DNA of 64,000 nucleotides from Candidatus Woesearchaeota archaeon. GTDB lineage: Archaea > Nanobdellota > Nanobdellia > Pacearchaeales > GW2011-AR1. Shown here one piece after another: positions 8,410 to 18,404 of the stretch. The notes below the pieces were generated by a model. It saw only the letters and a program-made list of their open reading frames with translations, did not search any database and was not told where the DNA came from. Position numbers and translations under genes: made by a program. Position 1 is the stretch's first letter; every line of letters starts with the position of its first letter. The stretch spans positions 12,007 through 76,006 of the forward strand of contig CAYNZD010000001.1 of NCBI GenBank assembly GCA_964401675.1, read 5' to 3'.

Positions 8410-9906
8410 ATGGAAAAGGGGTTTGATACGGAAAAATATCTTGAGGTTCAATCAAAAGAAATTCTAAATAGGGTTAATAATTTTAAGAAACTTTATCTTG
8501 AATTTGGGGGGAAAATTTGTGATGATTTTCATGCGGCGAGAGTTTTGCCGGGCTATGATGCTAATGCAAAAATTAGAATGTTACAAATGATAAAGAACGA
8601 CTCTGAGATTATATTTTGCATTAGCGCGAAGGACATTGAAAAAAGCAAGATGCAGGGAAATTTTGGTCTGACTTATGAATCTATGGCTTTGAAATCTATA
8701 AATGACTTGAGAGGTTTTGGACTAGACATTTCTGCTATTGTGATAAACAGATTTTCTGGAGAGAAAAAAGCACTGAAGTTCAAAAAATATTTGGAGAATA
8801 TTGGAATCAGAGCTTATTTACAAAAAGAAATTGAAGGATATCCGGCGGATGTTGATAAAATTGTGAGCGATGAAGGGTATGGGCAGAATCCTTATGTGAA
8901 AACCGAGAAATCTATTATTGTGGTTAGTGGAGTAGGACCTGGAAGTGGAAAAATGTCGTTTTGTCTGTCTCAGATATATCATGATAATATTAGAGGGATA
9001 GAATCAGGATTTTCAAAGTTCGAAACATTTCCGGTTTGGGATTTGTCAATAGACCATCCTATCAATATTGCTTATGAAGCGGCTACGGCAGATATAGGCG
9101 ACAAGAATATGATAGATCCGTTTTATTTACAAAAATATAATTCTACCGCTGTGAATTATAATAGAGATATTGAAAATTTTCCAATTTTAAAAAGAATTTT
9201 TAAAAAGATTGGCAAGGATATTTATTCGTCTCCTACGGAGATGGGTGTGAATAAAGTTAGTCAGGGAATAATTGACGACGAGGCAGTGAGAGAGGCACCG
9301 AAGCAAGAGATTATTAGAAGGTATTTTAGACATAAAAAAGAAAATATTCTGGGCATTGTGGATAAAGAAGTTGTGGGAAAAATTGAAAAATTGATGCAAG
9401 AGTTGGAAGTAAATGAGAATTATAGAAAGACTGTAATTCCTGCGAGACGGGCGATGATAGATGCCACGAGACAAGATGATAAAGGCAAGGAGGGATTTTA
9501 TTGCGGTTCTGCTATCCAAATAGGAGATGAGATAATTACTGGAAAAAATTCGGAGTTGCTTCATTCGGAATCTGCATGCATTATAAATGCTTTAAAATAT
9601 ATATCGGGGGTTCCTGATGATATTGACCTTCTCCCAGAATCTTTGATTAATAACATAAAAGAATTAAAGGAAAAAATAGTGAAAAATTCGAAGCCAAGTT
9701 TAGATGTGGGTGAAATATTAATTGCTTTGGCGGTTTCCTCATCTTCAAATCCGACAGTTAAAAAATGTATAGATAATATTTCTCTTTTAAGAAATTGCGA
9801 AATACATACAACCCACTTGCTTTCAAAGGGAGATGAAAGAGGACTTAGAGATTTAGGAATTAATTTAACTACAGACGCAGAATTTAGCTCTAAGATTTAT
9901 TTTTAG
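8410..9906 (+). CDS. conserved hypothetical protein of ~500 aa (possibly DUF1846/UPF0371-like, uncertain)
   Basis: Long clean ORF with coding-like composition. The family assignment is from memory only. Confidence 0.4.
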   Translation: MEKGFDTEKYLEVQSKEILNRVNNFKKLYLEFGGKICDDFHAARVLPGYDANAKIRMLQMIKNDSEIIFCISAKDIEKSKMQGNFGLTYESMALKSINDLRGFGLDISAIVINRFSGEKKALKFKKYLENIGIRAYLQKEIEGYPADVDKIVSDEGYGQNPYVKTEKSIIVVSGVGPGSGKMSFCLSQIYHDNIRGIESGFSKFETFPVWDLSIDHPINIAYEAATADIGDKNMIDPFYLQKYNSTAVNYNRDIENFPILKRIFKKIGKDIYSSPTEMGVNKVSQGIIDDEAVREAPKQEIIRRYFRHKKENILGIVDKEVVGKIEKLMQELEVNENYRKTVIPARRAMIDATRQDDKGKEGFYCGSAIQIGDEIITGKNSELLHSESACIINALKYISGVPDDIDLLPESLINNIKELKEKIVKNSKPSLDVGEILIALAVSSSSNPTVKKCIDNISLLRNCEIHTTHLLSKGDERGLRDLGINLTTDAEFSSKIYF

Positions 9907-9957
9907 AATTACGTATGTTTCCCCAATATTTTTAAAGGGTATTTTGCAAGAGATTAT

Positions 9958-11034
9958 ATGAGAAAGATCGTGTTTGTGTTGACGCTTTTGTTTTTAGCTA
10001 GTGGGATTTATGCTCAGAGCGCTCCTGTTACAAATGTTTATTATTTTTATTCTACTGGATGTTCACATTGTGCCAAAGTTATGGATTCTGGAGTTTTAGA
10101 TAAAGTCGCTTTAATGGAAAATGTTAATTTAAGAAATTTAAATCTTTATGACGGCCAAGAGAATCGTGATTTATTTAATAATTTTTGTGATGAATTTAAT
10201 ATTTCTCGTAGAGGTTGGCCATTTGTAGTTATTGAGTGTGATGGAAAATATGATTATATATCAGGAGACATTAGAATAATCGAGAATTTAGAAAAAGTTG
10301 TTGTTGACTGCAATGGAATTCATCTTAATATTGTAGATTCAAAAATAGATAAACAAATTACTTTAGGTTCTATTTTGATTGCAGCTTTTATTGACTCTAT
10401 TAATCCTTGTGCTTTTGGAGTATTAATTTTTCTTATGGCCAGTTTATTAAAAATGGGTTCTTCTCGAAGAGCTTTGCGAGCAGGTCTAATTTATAGTCTT
10501 GTCGTTTTCTTGGTTTATTTTTTTATTGGTTGGGGTTTTTATAATTTAATTGATAATTTTTCTTCCTCTCCTGCTTTTTATTATTTTTATTTGTTTGTAG
10601 CAGGTTTTATTTTTCTTTTAGGATTATTACAATTAAAGGATGTTTTCTGGTATGGCAAGGGAATTACTCTTAGAATCTCTTCAAGGGCTAAGCCAATTAT
10701 CGAAAAGTTTATGAGCAAAGGAACCTTGGTATCTATTATTATTTTGGGTGTTATTGTTTCGCTTTTTGAATTGCCTTGTACTGGCGAAATATATATTGGC
10801 ATTCTTACTCTAATGTCAATTCATGAAACTTTCGGACTGACTTATTTATTTATCTATAATTTGATTTTTGTTTTACCATTGGTTGTTTTGACTTATCTTG
10901 TTTATCGTGGAACTTCGACGGAGAGGATGCAAAATTGGACAGTTTCTAACAGAAAATATATGAAACTTGTTTCTGGATTGTTACTTATTGGTCTCTCAAC
11001 CTATATTTTTATAAGGGCAATTGGTTTTGTTTAG
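9958..11034 (+). CDS. thioredoxin-like domain fused to a DsbD/CcdA-type transmembrane thiol-disulfide transporter
   Basis: Signal peptide MRKIVFVLTLLFLASGIYAQ, followed by a CxxC motif (CSHC). Then come TM helices with INPCAFGVLIFL and ELPCTGEIY, which are the DsbD/CcdA conserved Cys in TM1 and TM4. Confidence 0.7.
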   Translation: MRKIVFVLTLLFLASGIYAQSAPVTNVYYFYSTGCSHCAKVMDSGVLDKVALMENVNLRNLNLYDGQENRDLFNNFCDEFNISRRGWPFVVIECDGKYDYISGDIRIIENLEKVVVDCNGIHLNIVDSKIDKQITLGSILIAAFIDSINPCAFGVLIFLMASLLKMGSSRRALRAGLIYSLVVFLVYFFIGWGFYNLIDNFSSSPAFYYFYLFVAGFIFLLGLLQLKDVFWYGKGITLRISSRAKPIIEKFMSKGTLVSIIILGVIVSLFELPCTGEIYIGILTLMSIHETFGLTYLFIYNLIFVLPLVVLTYLVYRGTSTERMQNWTVSNRKYMKLVSGLLLIGLSTYIFIRAIGFV

Positions 11035-11036
11035 AT

Positions 11037-11780
11037 ATGGGTTTAGTTAATTGGATAAAAAGTTTCGGAGAAAAAGTTTTGTATTATCCTGGATGTTTAA
11101 CAAAGGGAGTTTTGGAAGAGCAATTTGAAAATTATAAAGATATTTTTAATAGAATTGGAATTGATTTTATTTTATTATCAGACAAAGAGGTTTGTTGCGG
11201 TTCGCCAGTTTCGAATGCTGGTTATAAAAAAGATGCACGGAAATTGGCGAAAAAAAATTTTGAGATTTTTAAGAAAAATAATATTACGAAAATTGTGACA
11301 AATTGTCCGGCATGTTATTATATGTTTAATGAAGTTTATCCTTCATTGGTTCGGGAATGGGATATTGAAGTTGAACATGCAACGATTACGATTTTGAATG
11401 CACTGAAGAGGAAAAAAATTAAGTATAAAGGATTAGATGAGGACAGGGAGATTGTTGCTTATCATGATCCTTGTCATCTTGGTAGATATAGTGAAATTTA
11501 TGAAGAGCCTCGCGAGGTGATTAAGTTATTGGGTGGGAAAATTCTTGAAGCGAAGTTTAATCGTGATAATGCTTATTGTTGTGGAGGAGGCGCGGGAGTT
11601 CGTGCTAATTTTCCTGAAGTTGCCAAGGCTGTTGCAAAAAAGAAAGTAAGTTTTGTTCCAAAATCTGCTGGAAAAATTATCTCTCCTTGTGGATTGTGTT
11701 ATTCTAATATTAAATCGGCGACTGATAAAAGTGTTGAATTTTCGAGTTTTGTGCTTGGAAAGTTGAAGGAAATGAAATGA
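11037..11780 (+). CDS. Fe-S CCG-domain protein (GlcF/LutA/HdrB-like subunit)
   Basis: Two CCG-type Cys-rich motifs, EVCCGSP and AYCCGGGAG, plus additional conserved Cys. The gene directly precedes and overlaps the FAD oxidase gene. Confidence 0.65.
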   Translation: MGLVNWIKSFGEKVLYYPGCLTKGVLEEQFENYKDIFNRIGIDFILLSDKEVCCGSPVSNAGYKKDARKLAKKNFEIFKKNNITKIVTNCPACYYMFNEVYPSLVREWDIEVEHATITILNALKRKKIKYKGLDEDREIVAYHDPCHLGRYSEIYEEPREVIKLLGGKILEAKFNRDNAYCCGGGAGVRANFPEVAKAVAKKKVSFVPKSAGKIISPCGLCYSNIKSATDKSVEFSSFVLGKLKEMK

Positions 11781-12895
11781 ATAAAGATATTATGAAAATT
11801 TATGAATGTGATGCTTCTCAATTAAAAGGAAAGGCGTTGGATGTTATTTTTCCTAAAAGTGTTGCAGAAATTAAAGGGATTATTAATAGGACAAATAGGA
11901 TTGTTATTCGGGGGGGCGGAACTGGTTTAGCTGGAGGTTGTGTTCCGCAGAATGGTTTGGATGTTGTTTTAGATATATCGAAAATGGATAAAATTTCTGG
12001 ATTTGATACTGAGCGAAAAACCATTGAAGTCGAAGCAGGAGTTATTCTTAATGAATTACAAGGTTATGTCGCAAAACATAATTTAGAATTTCCAGTAAAG
12101 CCGTCGAGTCATGCAGTTGCCACCATTGGAGGAATGATTGCTACCGATGCTGTTGGAAATCGCGCGATTAAATATGGAAAAACTTCTAATTGGGTAAGGT
12201 GGGTTGAAATTATTGATGATACAGGAAAATTACACAAGAAAGGAGTTACTGAATTAAGTGATTATTCTGGAATGGAAGGAATTACTGGGGTGATTGTTAG
12301 GGCTTGTTTGGAGCTGTCTTCATTAAAAAATAGAACCGCGACATTGGTTAAAATTAATAGTCTCGAAGAGATTGTTTCAATTGTTCGAAATTTAAAAAGG
12401 AATTCAGCGGTTTCAATGATTGAATTTATAGATAAGAAAATAAGTGAAGGATTAGAGTTAGGAGAAGGATACCATTTGATTGTTGAATATGAAAATAATA
12501 GTGGCAAATTGAAAGATAAAGAATATGAAGATTTATTGACTTTGAGGGATAGAGTTTATCCGCTTCTTGCTGGAGAAGGTTACGTTAAAATTGAAGACCC
12601 AAAAATTATGCTTGACAGATTTGTAAAATTGATGAGCTGGCTGGAAGAAAAAAAGATTCCTACTTATGGACATATTGGAGTCGGCATTTTACATCCGTGT
12701 TTTAATTCTGAGCAAGAAAAATATATTCCGGAAATGATGAAATTAGTGAAAAGACTTGGTGGACAAATTTCTGGGGAGCACGGAATTGGAATTTTAAAAA
12801 AAGAATTTGTCGAGATGAATGATAAAAGAATTTTAGTTAATGTAAAAAAGAGAACTGACCCTTTGAATAAATTTAATGTTGGAAAGGTAATATAA
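11777..12895 (+). CDS. FAD-linked oxidase (GlcD / D-lactate dehydrogenase-like)
   Basis: FAD_binding_4 motif RIVIRGGGTGLAGGCVP. Its start overlaps the previous stop by 4 nt. Confidence 0.75.
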   Translation: MNKDIMKIYECDASQLKGKALDVIFPKSVAEIKGIINRTNRIVIRGGGTGLAGGCVPQNGLDVVLDISKMDKISGFDTERKTIEVEAGVILNELQGYVAKHNLEFPVKPSSHAVATIGGMIATDAVGNRAIKYGKTSNWVRWVEIIDDTGKLHKKGVTELSDYSGMEGITGVIVRACLELSSLKNRTATLVKINSLEEIVSIVRNLKRNSAVSMIEFIDKKISEGLELGEGYHLIVEYENNSGKLKDKEYEDLLTLRDRVYPLLAGEGYVKIEDPKIMLDRFVKLMSWLEEKKIPTYGHIGVGILHPCFNSEQEKYIPEMMKLVKRLGGQISGEHGIGILKKEFVEMNDKRILVNVKKRTDPLNKFNVGKVI

Positions 12896-12983
12896 TGGAA
12901 AGATTTAAATATATTGGAGGATTGATATAAACATTACTTCCCCGGTATGACGAAAGGAATGCCGGGAGTCTTTATTTTCTAAA

Positions 12984-13541
12984 ATGGTTAAGAAGAGAGC
13001 TATTATTTTTGTTGATGGTAATAATTGGTATCATGGCGTCAAGCGGCTTGTTGGTAATCCGAAATCTGTTTGTTTCAAAAAAGTTGCTTCAATGATTGCC
13101 GAAAATTTTGATTTGGATATTATTGATATTAGATATTATAATTCTACACCGGATATTGATTTGGGCGAAGATAATTATTATAAGCATATGGTTTTTTTGG
13201 CTGGATTAAAAAAAAGTGGAATAGTTGTGAATACAAATAAATTAAAAAAAATTCGTGTGGACGGGAAAGTGTTGCGAGTTGAAAAAGGCGTTGATGTTAT
13301 GATTACAACAGATATGATGAGAAAAAGCTTGGTTGAAAATATGTGCGATTGCTGTGTTTTAATTTCTGGCGACTCCGATTTTGTTCCTGTTATGAGAGCT
13401 ATCAAAAAAGCAGAAAAGGAAGTTTTGACAGTTTCGGTTTTGAGAGGTTATGCTAGAGAATTATTGCAAGGAGAATTTAGATTTTGGATTTTGAAAAAGG
13501 CTGATCTAATTAAATGTTTTAAGGGGTATAATGGAAAATAA
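12984..13541 (+). CDS. NYN-domain (LabA-like, PIN-like) putative RNase
   Basis: IIFVDGNNWYH ... EKGVDVMITTDM ... VLISGDSDFVP are the NYN/LabA acidic motifs. The gene overlaps the downstream ferredoxin start. Confidence 0.7.
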   Translation: MVKKRAIIFVDGNNWYHGVKRLVGNPKSVCFKKVASMIAENFDLDIIDIRYYNSTPDIDLGEDNYYKHMVFLAGLKKSGIVVNTNKLKKIRVDGKVLRVEKGVDVMITTDMMRKSLVENMCDCCVLISGDSDFVPVMRAIKKAEKEVLTVSVLRGYARELLQGEFRFWILKKADLIKCFKGYNGK

Positions 13542-13938
13542 AAAACCGAGTGAAGCTGATAAAATTGAGTCGGCAAATTTAATGGAAGAAGCCAAAGATA
13601 TTTTTGATTCATGCATTCAGTGTGGAATGTGTAAGGCGATTTGTCCGGTGTTTAAAGTTTTGAAAGAGGAAAGGGTTTCGGCTAGGGGTAAGGGAATTAT
13701 TATTTCTGACAAGGTGATGGATAAAGTTGTTTTTGAGTGTACCTTGTGTGGAGGATGTGAACAAGAATGTCCGTTAAATATAAAAATTTGTGATGCGGTT
13801 AGAAAAGTTCGGGAAGCTATGGTTTTGAGAGGGAAAGGTTTGAAATCAAATGAAGAAATGATTGAAAATATTCGGAAGTATGGAAATCCTTTTGGAAAGG
13901 GGAAAATTTCCGATAAAGATAAATTGTATTGTTGTTGA
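13531..13938 (+). CDS. 4Fe-4S dicluster ferredoxin-domain protein (GlcF N-terminal-like)
   Basis: Two CxxCxxC-type motifs: CIQCGMCKAICP and CTLCGGCEQECP. Confidence 0.75.
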   Translation: MENKKPSEADKIESANLMEEAKDIFDSCIQCGMCKAICPVFKVLKEERVSARGKGIIISDKVMDKVVFECTLCGGCEQECPLNIKICDAVRKVREAMVLRGKGLKSNEEMIENIRKYGNPFGKGKISDKDKLYCC

Positions 13939-13946
13939 GAATTATT

Positions 13947-15635
13947 TTACTTATGTGCAAACCAAAATTCTAATATACCTTTTTCTTTTTTGTGTAATTT
14001 GACAAATCCAAATCTTTCAAATTGCATGATAGTTCCAACTTTTAATTTTGATAGTTCTGATTCGCCGAGCCCTTTTGTTATGGTTCCGTCTGGCATTCTA
14101 ATCTCAACATTAATATTCTTAGGTGTAGATGACAACCATTGAATAAATTTCGTTTTTAATTTGGGATCAGGTTCTTCAGAGATGAATGAAAAAGTTCGTG
14201 GCTTTGTTTTTCCCACATTGTTGGATTTAAAATTTAAGAGATGCATTAGCCGGTAGTTTTCGTTTTGCATAAGCTCAAAGTCTTGGCCTGAAATTAAAAA
14301 CTCCTGAGCTGTTTTATATTTTCGTGTTCCCAATTTTCCGTTTGGATGAAGTGGAATTTTTGCCGTTAGTTTAGGCGTGTTTTCAATTGTGATTTCTTCA
14401 GGTTGCTCTACAAAGAAATATCTAGGAACATCTTCTAGAAATTTTTTATTTAAAACGTAAAGAGATTCGACGGGAGTAGTTATATTTGTTTTTCGCATCC
14501 CAAGATTCAGAACAAATTGTCGGATTGCTTCCGGGCGAATACCTCTATCTCGAAGAGATTGTAGCGACCATGTTCGCGGGTCATTCCAACCAACATAACT
14601 GCCTGATTTTACCTCTTTGGAGCCTTTTGATTTTGATATTTTTACACCTTCTATCGCAAAGTGTCCGTTATAGATACTCTCCGGGTTTTTCCAGCCAAGA
14701 ATTTCACGAATAAAATCCTGAACTCGTGTTGACATCTGATGATCGATTCCTCTGAGCACATGAGTAACTCCAAGAAGATGGTCATCAATTCCCCACGAAA
14801 ATTCCATAGAAGGATATACTCTGAATTTTGCTTTTGTTCTCGGATGCGGTCGGTCAGAAATTTTAAACATTACTCTATCTCTAAACGCCGGGTCAGGATC
14901 TTGCATATTTGTTTTTAGCCGAACGGTCATCGCTCCTTCTTTTGCTGTAAACATTTCCCCCCATTTTTCCATCTGCTTAATTGGTCCATGTTGTCTACAT
15001 GAACATTCAATGCCTTTAACTCTCAATTCGTGCATTGTATCTTGGTCACAAGTACAAACGTAAAGATATCCCTTTTTTAGCATCTCCTTTGCATAGACAT
15101 AATATTTTTCAGTTCGATCTGATTTGTATATTATTTTTTTATCATAATTGATACCGAGCCACTTGATTCCTTCTTCGATTAATTTGTAAGCTTCTGGTTC
15201 TATGGTTTTGACTTTTGAGCCAATTGTGTCATCCATTACGATTAAAAGTTTTCCGCCATACATTTTTACATATTCGTCATTGAGAATTGTTGTTCGAGTG
15301 TTTCCAATGTGCAAGGCTCCCGACGGAAAAGGAGCCATTCGCATTATGACTTTTCCCCTTTTTGCATCTGTCAATTCTTTTAACCCTTCTCTAATTTCTC
15401 TTTTGGAAGTTTTAGTATTAAGTTTTGAAAATTTCTTCTTTTGATTTTCTAATGAAAGTGCATTTATTTCTTTGATAATTTTTTGAATTGTTGGAATAAT
15501 ATTTTTTATTTCTGATTTTTCAAGCCCCTCTGAAAATAATCCTGCTAAAATAGCTCCCTGATTCGCTTTGCCATTATGCTTAATTGCGTTTTCAAGAGCG
15601 TAAGCCATTATCACTTCTTTGGTTATTTCTGTCAT
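13947..15635 (-). CDS. gltX: glutamyl-tRNA synthetase, archaeal type
   Basis: Class I HIGH motif (PSGALHIGNTRT) and KMSKS-like KISKSKG. There is an archaeal-type N-terminal extension (ALENAIKHNGKANQGAILAGL). Confidence 0.9.
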   Translation of the reverse strand: MTEITKEVIMAYALENAIKHNGKANQGAILAGLFSEGLEKSEIKNIIPTIQKIIKEINALSLENQKKKFSKLNTKTSKREIREGLKELTDAKRGKVIMRMAPFPSGALHIGNTRTTILNDEYVKMYGGKLLIVMDDTIGSKVKTIEPEAYKLIEEGIKWLGINYDKKIIYKSDRTEKYYVYAKEMLKKGYLYVCTCDQDTMHELRVKGIECSCRQHGPIKQMEKWGEMFTAKEGAMTVRLKTNMQDPDPAFRDRVMFKISDRPHPRTKAKFRVYPSMEFSWGIDDHLLGVTHVLRGIDHQMSTRVQDFIREILGWKNPESIYNGHFAIEGVKISKSKGSKEVKSGSYVGWNDPRTWSLQSLRDRGIRPEAIRQFVLNLGMRKTNITTPVESLYVLNKKFLEDVPRYFFVEQPEEITIENTPKLTAKIPLHPNGKLGTRKYKTAQEFLISGQDFELMQNENYRLMHLLNFKSNNVGKTKPRTFSFISEEPDPKLKTKFIQWLSSTPKNINVEIRMPDGTITKGLGESELSKLKVGTIMQFERFGFVKLHKKEKGILEFWFAHK

Positions 15636-15666
15636 ATCATATAAAAGAAAGCTTGGGTTTTAAATG

Positions 15667-16059
15667 TTACCAGCCCATCACTCCGACGGATGTATCTGAT
15701 GGCTGGCTAATGTCAAGTTTTTTTTCTAAAAGTTCAATTCTGTTCTCGAGCTTGTATATTTTATTATCAAGATTCGTTATTTTTGTATCAACTTCTCTTT
15801 TGTTGTAACCTTCGGGTTCTATTGAAAATTCTGTTGAAGCGGGAGTGGATGAAGCTGATTCTGCCGAAGAGTCCATAAACCCAAAAAATTCTGTGTTTGA
15901 TGAAGGCTGTGTTTTTTGTTTCGGTTTTCCATTGCTGCCTAATTCTACAAAGCCATCCTGATTTGTCGGAATTACAACATCATTTTTTGGAATTCTCACG
16001 ATTCCTCTTTTCTGAAGCTCCCTCACATCAATCATCCTTTTTTTCTTTTTGAAAAACAT
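15667..16059 (-). CDS. hypothetical protein with a C-terminal coiled coil
   Basis: 130-aa ORF. The likely start is an internal Met (MIDVRELQKRGIVRIPK). It has a Ser/Thr-rich linker and a coiled-coil tail. Confidence 0.35.
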   Translation of the reverse strand: MFFKKKKRMIDVRELQKRGIVRIPKNDVVIPTNQDGFVELGSNGKPKQKTQPSSNTEFFGFMDSSAESASSTPASTEFSIEPEGYNKREVDTKITNLDNKIYKLENRIELLEKKLDISQPSDTSVGVMGW

Positions 16060-16140
16060 ATATAGTTAGAGATATTTGACTATATAAAATTTTGGAAGCG
16101 AAATAGTGAGATTTATATATTCTTTATTCCATGTTAAAAT

Positions 16141-17754
16141 ATGGGTGATGAAAAAGAGGAAGCGAGGAAATATTCTTTTCTTGACGATAATAATAGGGGG
16201 AAAGATATGAATTGGGCTATTGGGGAAGTTTTGACGAAAATATACAAACCCGGGGACCTAGCATCGATAGGAATGTATAATTTTAATAAGAGTAAATTTC
16301 AACCACTTTCGTCATACAAATTAAGTTATGATTCTCAGCAAAATCAGGTAGAGCCATCATACTATTGGCTGTTGGATTGGCTAGGAGAAAGAAACTGGGA
16401 TTTGAGAAAAATAGTCGATAATTTTGTGGCATCTCCCGGCTCAGGACAATTTTCTGAGATGAACATGAAAGCAACAAAAATGCAGGAAGAAGGAATGAAA
16501 ATTCTTGGAGGACTGAACCAAGTTGTTAAATCAGTTCTGAATTTAATTTATGATTTAAAAGAATTTGAATTAAGGCTGGAGCATTATGATGATGTAAATT
16601 CGGAGGACTCAAATAAAAAGAAAGAAGGGATGTTGGCGTTGAAGCAAATTTGGCTAGACAATGTTGATTTGAAACGAGGGCGTGGCTCGATTCACCAGAT
16701 GGCCGCTGAGCTTGGTTTTACAACGGTAAGAGAAGTTTTTATGATGGCGGATTCGCAGAAAGACTTAAAGAAAATGAACAGCGACGAAGAAGGAGGATTG
16801 ATTAATGATCAAGTTTTGAGAATTTTGATTCCAAGGCTGAGCGAATTTTTGAAGTGGACTGATTATTCGGAGAGAGAACTAAGAAAGAGGTTTAGTATTG
16901 AGAAAAATTATCTGAAGTCACAAGTTGAGACGATTAAGTTGTATTCTGCTTGGATGAAACCATATTTAATTGCGGCAGAAAAATTGAGACAAAAGGGTTT
17001 TGATAATCATTCTGCTTTGGTTAATGCGTTTTCTACATCAATGTTTGAGTTGCAGCTATTTGGAAAACAGGAAGTATCCGTCGATGACATTAGGTTTCCT
17101 AATTATAATCCAAAAAGAAAATATTACAAAGTAATGATTATTGCAATTGAATTTCGAGGCCATGTTTCGCAAAGGGTGACACAGAAAGGTGATTATGGAT
17201 TTGGAATGGGAGGTAAGATTAATATAGATTATGATTGCTATGCATTAAACGACGAAGAGTTGGCAACGGCGAAAAAATTAGTTGATGATGCAGATGTTGA
17301 AAAAAGTTTACAATTTTCTGGGGATATTGCTGGAGACGCACTAAAAGAATTGAAAGAAGATTTAGATTATTTTCTAATGAGTAAAGAGGACAAAGAAAAA
17401 GAAGAGGGGGAAATTCCGAAGAAGGAAAAGGCTCAGGATATTAATCCGTTTGCGGCTTTATTTGGATTGGGCAAAAAGAAAAAGAAAAAAACTGGACCTA
17501 AAGATGAAAAAATGATTTTGGAACCTGAAGACATAAAGAAAGATAACTTTGTTGAAAAGACAATGAGAGGCGAAGCAGCGGTAGGAGCTGCAGATTGGTT
17601 ATATTTAGCTTATGATATTTACAAAAAAGCTCATCTTATGGCGTCGCCACCTAGAGAAGGATTTGATAGATTTGGTACTGGCGCTATTGGAGAATTAAAA
17701 GAAGGTGGCAATGTCAAATTTGGTAAGGCATTTAAGAGTAGAGATGCTAATTAG
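16141..17754 (+). CDS. hypothetical protein (537 aa), first gene of an uncharacterised three-gene cluster
   Basis: Long ORF with ATG at 16141. It has a central Lys/Glu-rich low-complexity segment and no recognised domain. Confidence 0.5.
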   Translation: MGDEKEEARKYSFLDDNNRGKDMNWAIGEVLTKIYKPGDLASIGMYNFNKSKFQPLSSYKLSYDSQQNQVEPSYYWLLDWLGERNWDLRKIVDNFVASPGSGQFSEMNMKATKMQEEGMKILGGLNQVVKSVLNLIYDLKEFELRLEHYDDVNSEDSNKKKEGMLALKQIWLDNVDLKRGRGSIHQMAAELGFTTVREVFMMADSQKDLKKMNSDEEGGLINDQVLRILIPRLSEFLKWTDYSERELRKRFSIEKNYLKSQVETIKLYSAWMKPYLIAAEKLRQKGFDNHSALVNAFSTSMFELQLFGKQEVSVDDIRFPNYNPKRKYYKVMIIAIEFRGHVSQRVTQKGDYGFGMGGKINIDYDCYALNDEELATAKKLVDDADVEKSLQFSGDIAGDALKELKEDLDYFLMSKEDKEKEEGEIPKKEKAQDINPFAALFGLGKKKKKKTGPKDEKMILEPEDIKKDNFVEKTMRGEAAVGAADWLYLAYDIYKKAHLMASPPREGFDRFGTGAIGELKEGGNVKFGKAFKSRDAN

Positions 17755-17787
17755 CAAGGTAAATAAAGTTTGTTTCTGTGAAATTAT

Positions 17788-18366
17788 ATGGCAAAAGATG
17801 AAGAAATAATTGAAGAACTTGATGAAAATAGCGATAGCGAAATAGGAGAGGAGAAAATAGAGGAGAGTGGAATTTTTGATGAGGATACTGATGAGTCTGA
17901 GCTGAATTTTGAAGAGGCTGATGAGAGTATTAGCGATTTTTCTATTGGAGATACAATTCTATCTTCAGCTTCGACGATGCAAATAAGACAATCACATAAT
18001 TTAGAAGATCTTGCCGGCAAAGATAAAACAGAGGGTTCTGGATGGGATAGTTCTGGTGAAGTTAATGAGGAAGAAAAAAATGAAAGAGATTTTTATAATA
18101 ATTCAAGTGGGAATCTTTATGAGGGGAGTCAAGGCGAAGGAAATTCATATCAAAATGGAAACGAAAATTTATATTCGGAGAAAAGCGATGGAAAGAATGC
18201 TTATGATTTTGAAAAAGTTAGTATTAAGAGTTATGACCAACTTAAAGATGAACGAAGGGGAAGTAAGTCTATGTTGGAAATTTCCGGATTTGAAGACAAT
18301 GAAAAACAGAAACATAAAGAATTTACTCGTGATTTTGTTGCTTATGATGCAGATAAGGCGGCGTAG
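17788..18366 (+). CDS. highly acidic, low-complexity (probably disordered) protein
   Basis: 192 aa rich in D, E, S, N and G (EELDENSDSEIGEEKIEES...). It sits 33 nt after the upstream gene and 38 nt before the next. Confidence 0.4.
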   Translation: MAKDEEIIEELDENSDSEIGEEKIEESGIFDEDTDESELNFEEADESISDFSIGDTILSSASTMQIRQSHNLEDLAGKDKTEGSGWDSSGEVNEEEKNERDFYNNSSGNLYEGSQGEGNSYQNGNENLYSEKSDGKNAYDFEKVSIKSYDQLKDERRGSKSMLEISGFEDNEKQKHKEFTRDFVAYDADKAA

Positions 18367-18404
18367 TTAATTTTAAATAATAAGATAAGTTTAGTTTCTT
18401 GGTG

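Noticed and set aside
9187-9564. 125-aa minus-strand ORF (and similar antisense ORFs at 12262-12507, 13178-13405, 35839-36240)
   Set aside because: They are antisense within strongly supported coding genes and have low-complexity translations typical of AT-rich antisense frames.
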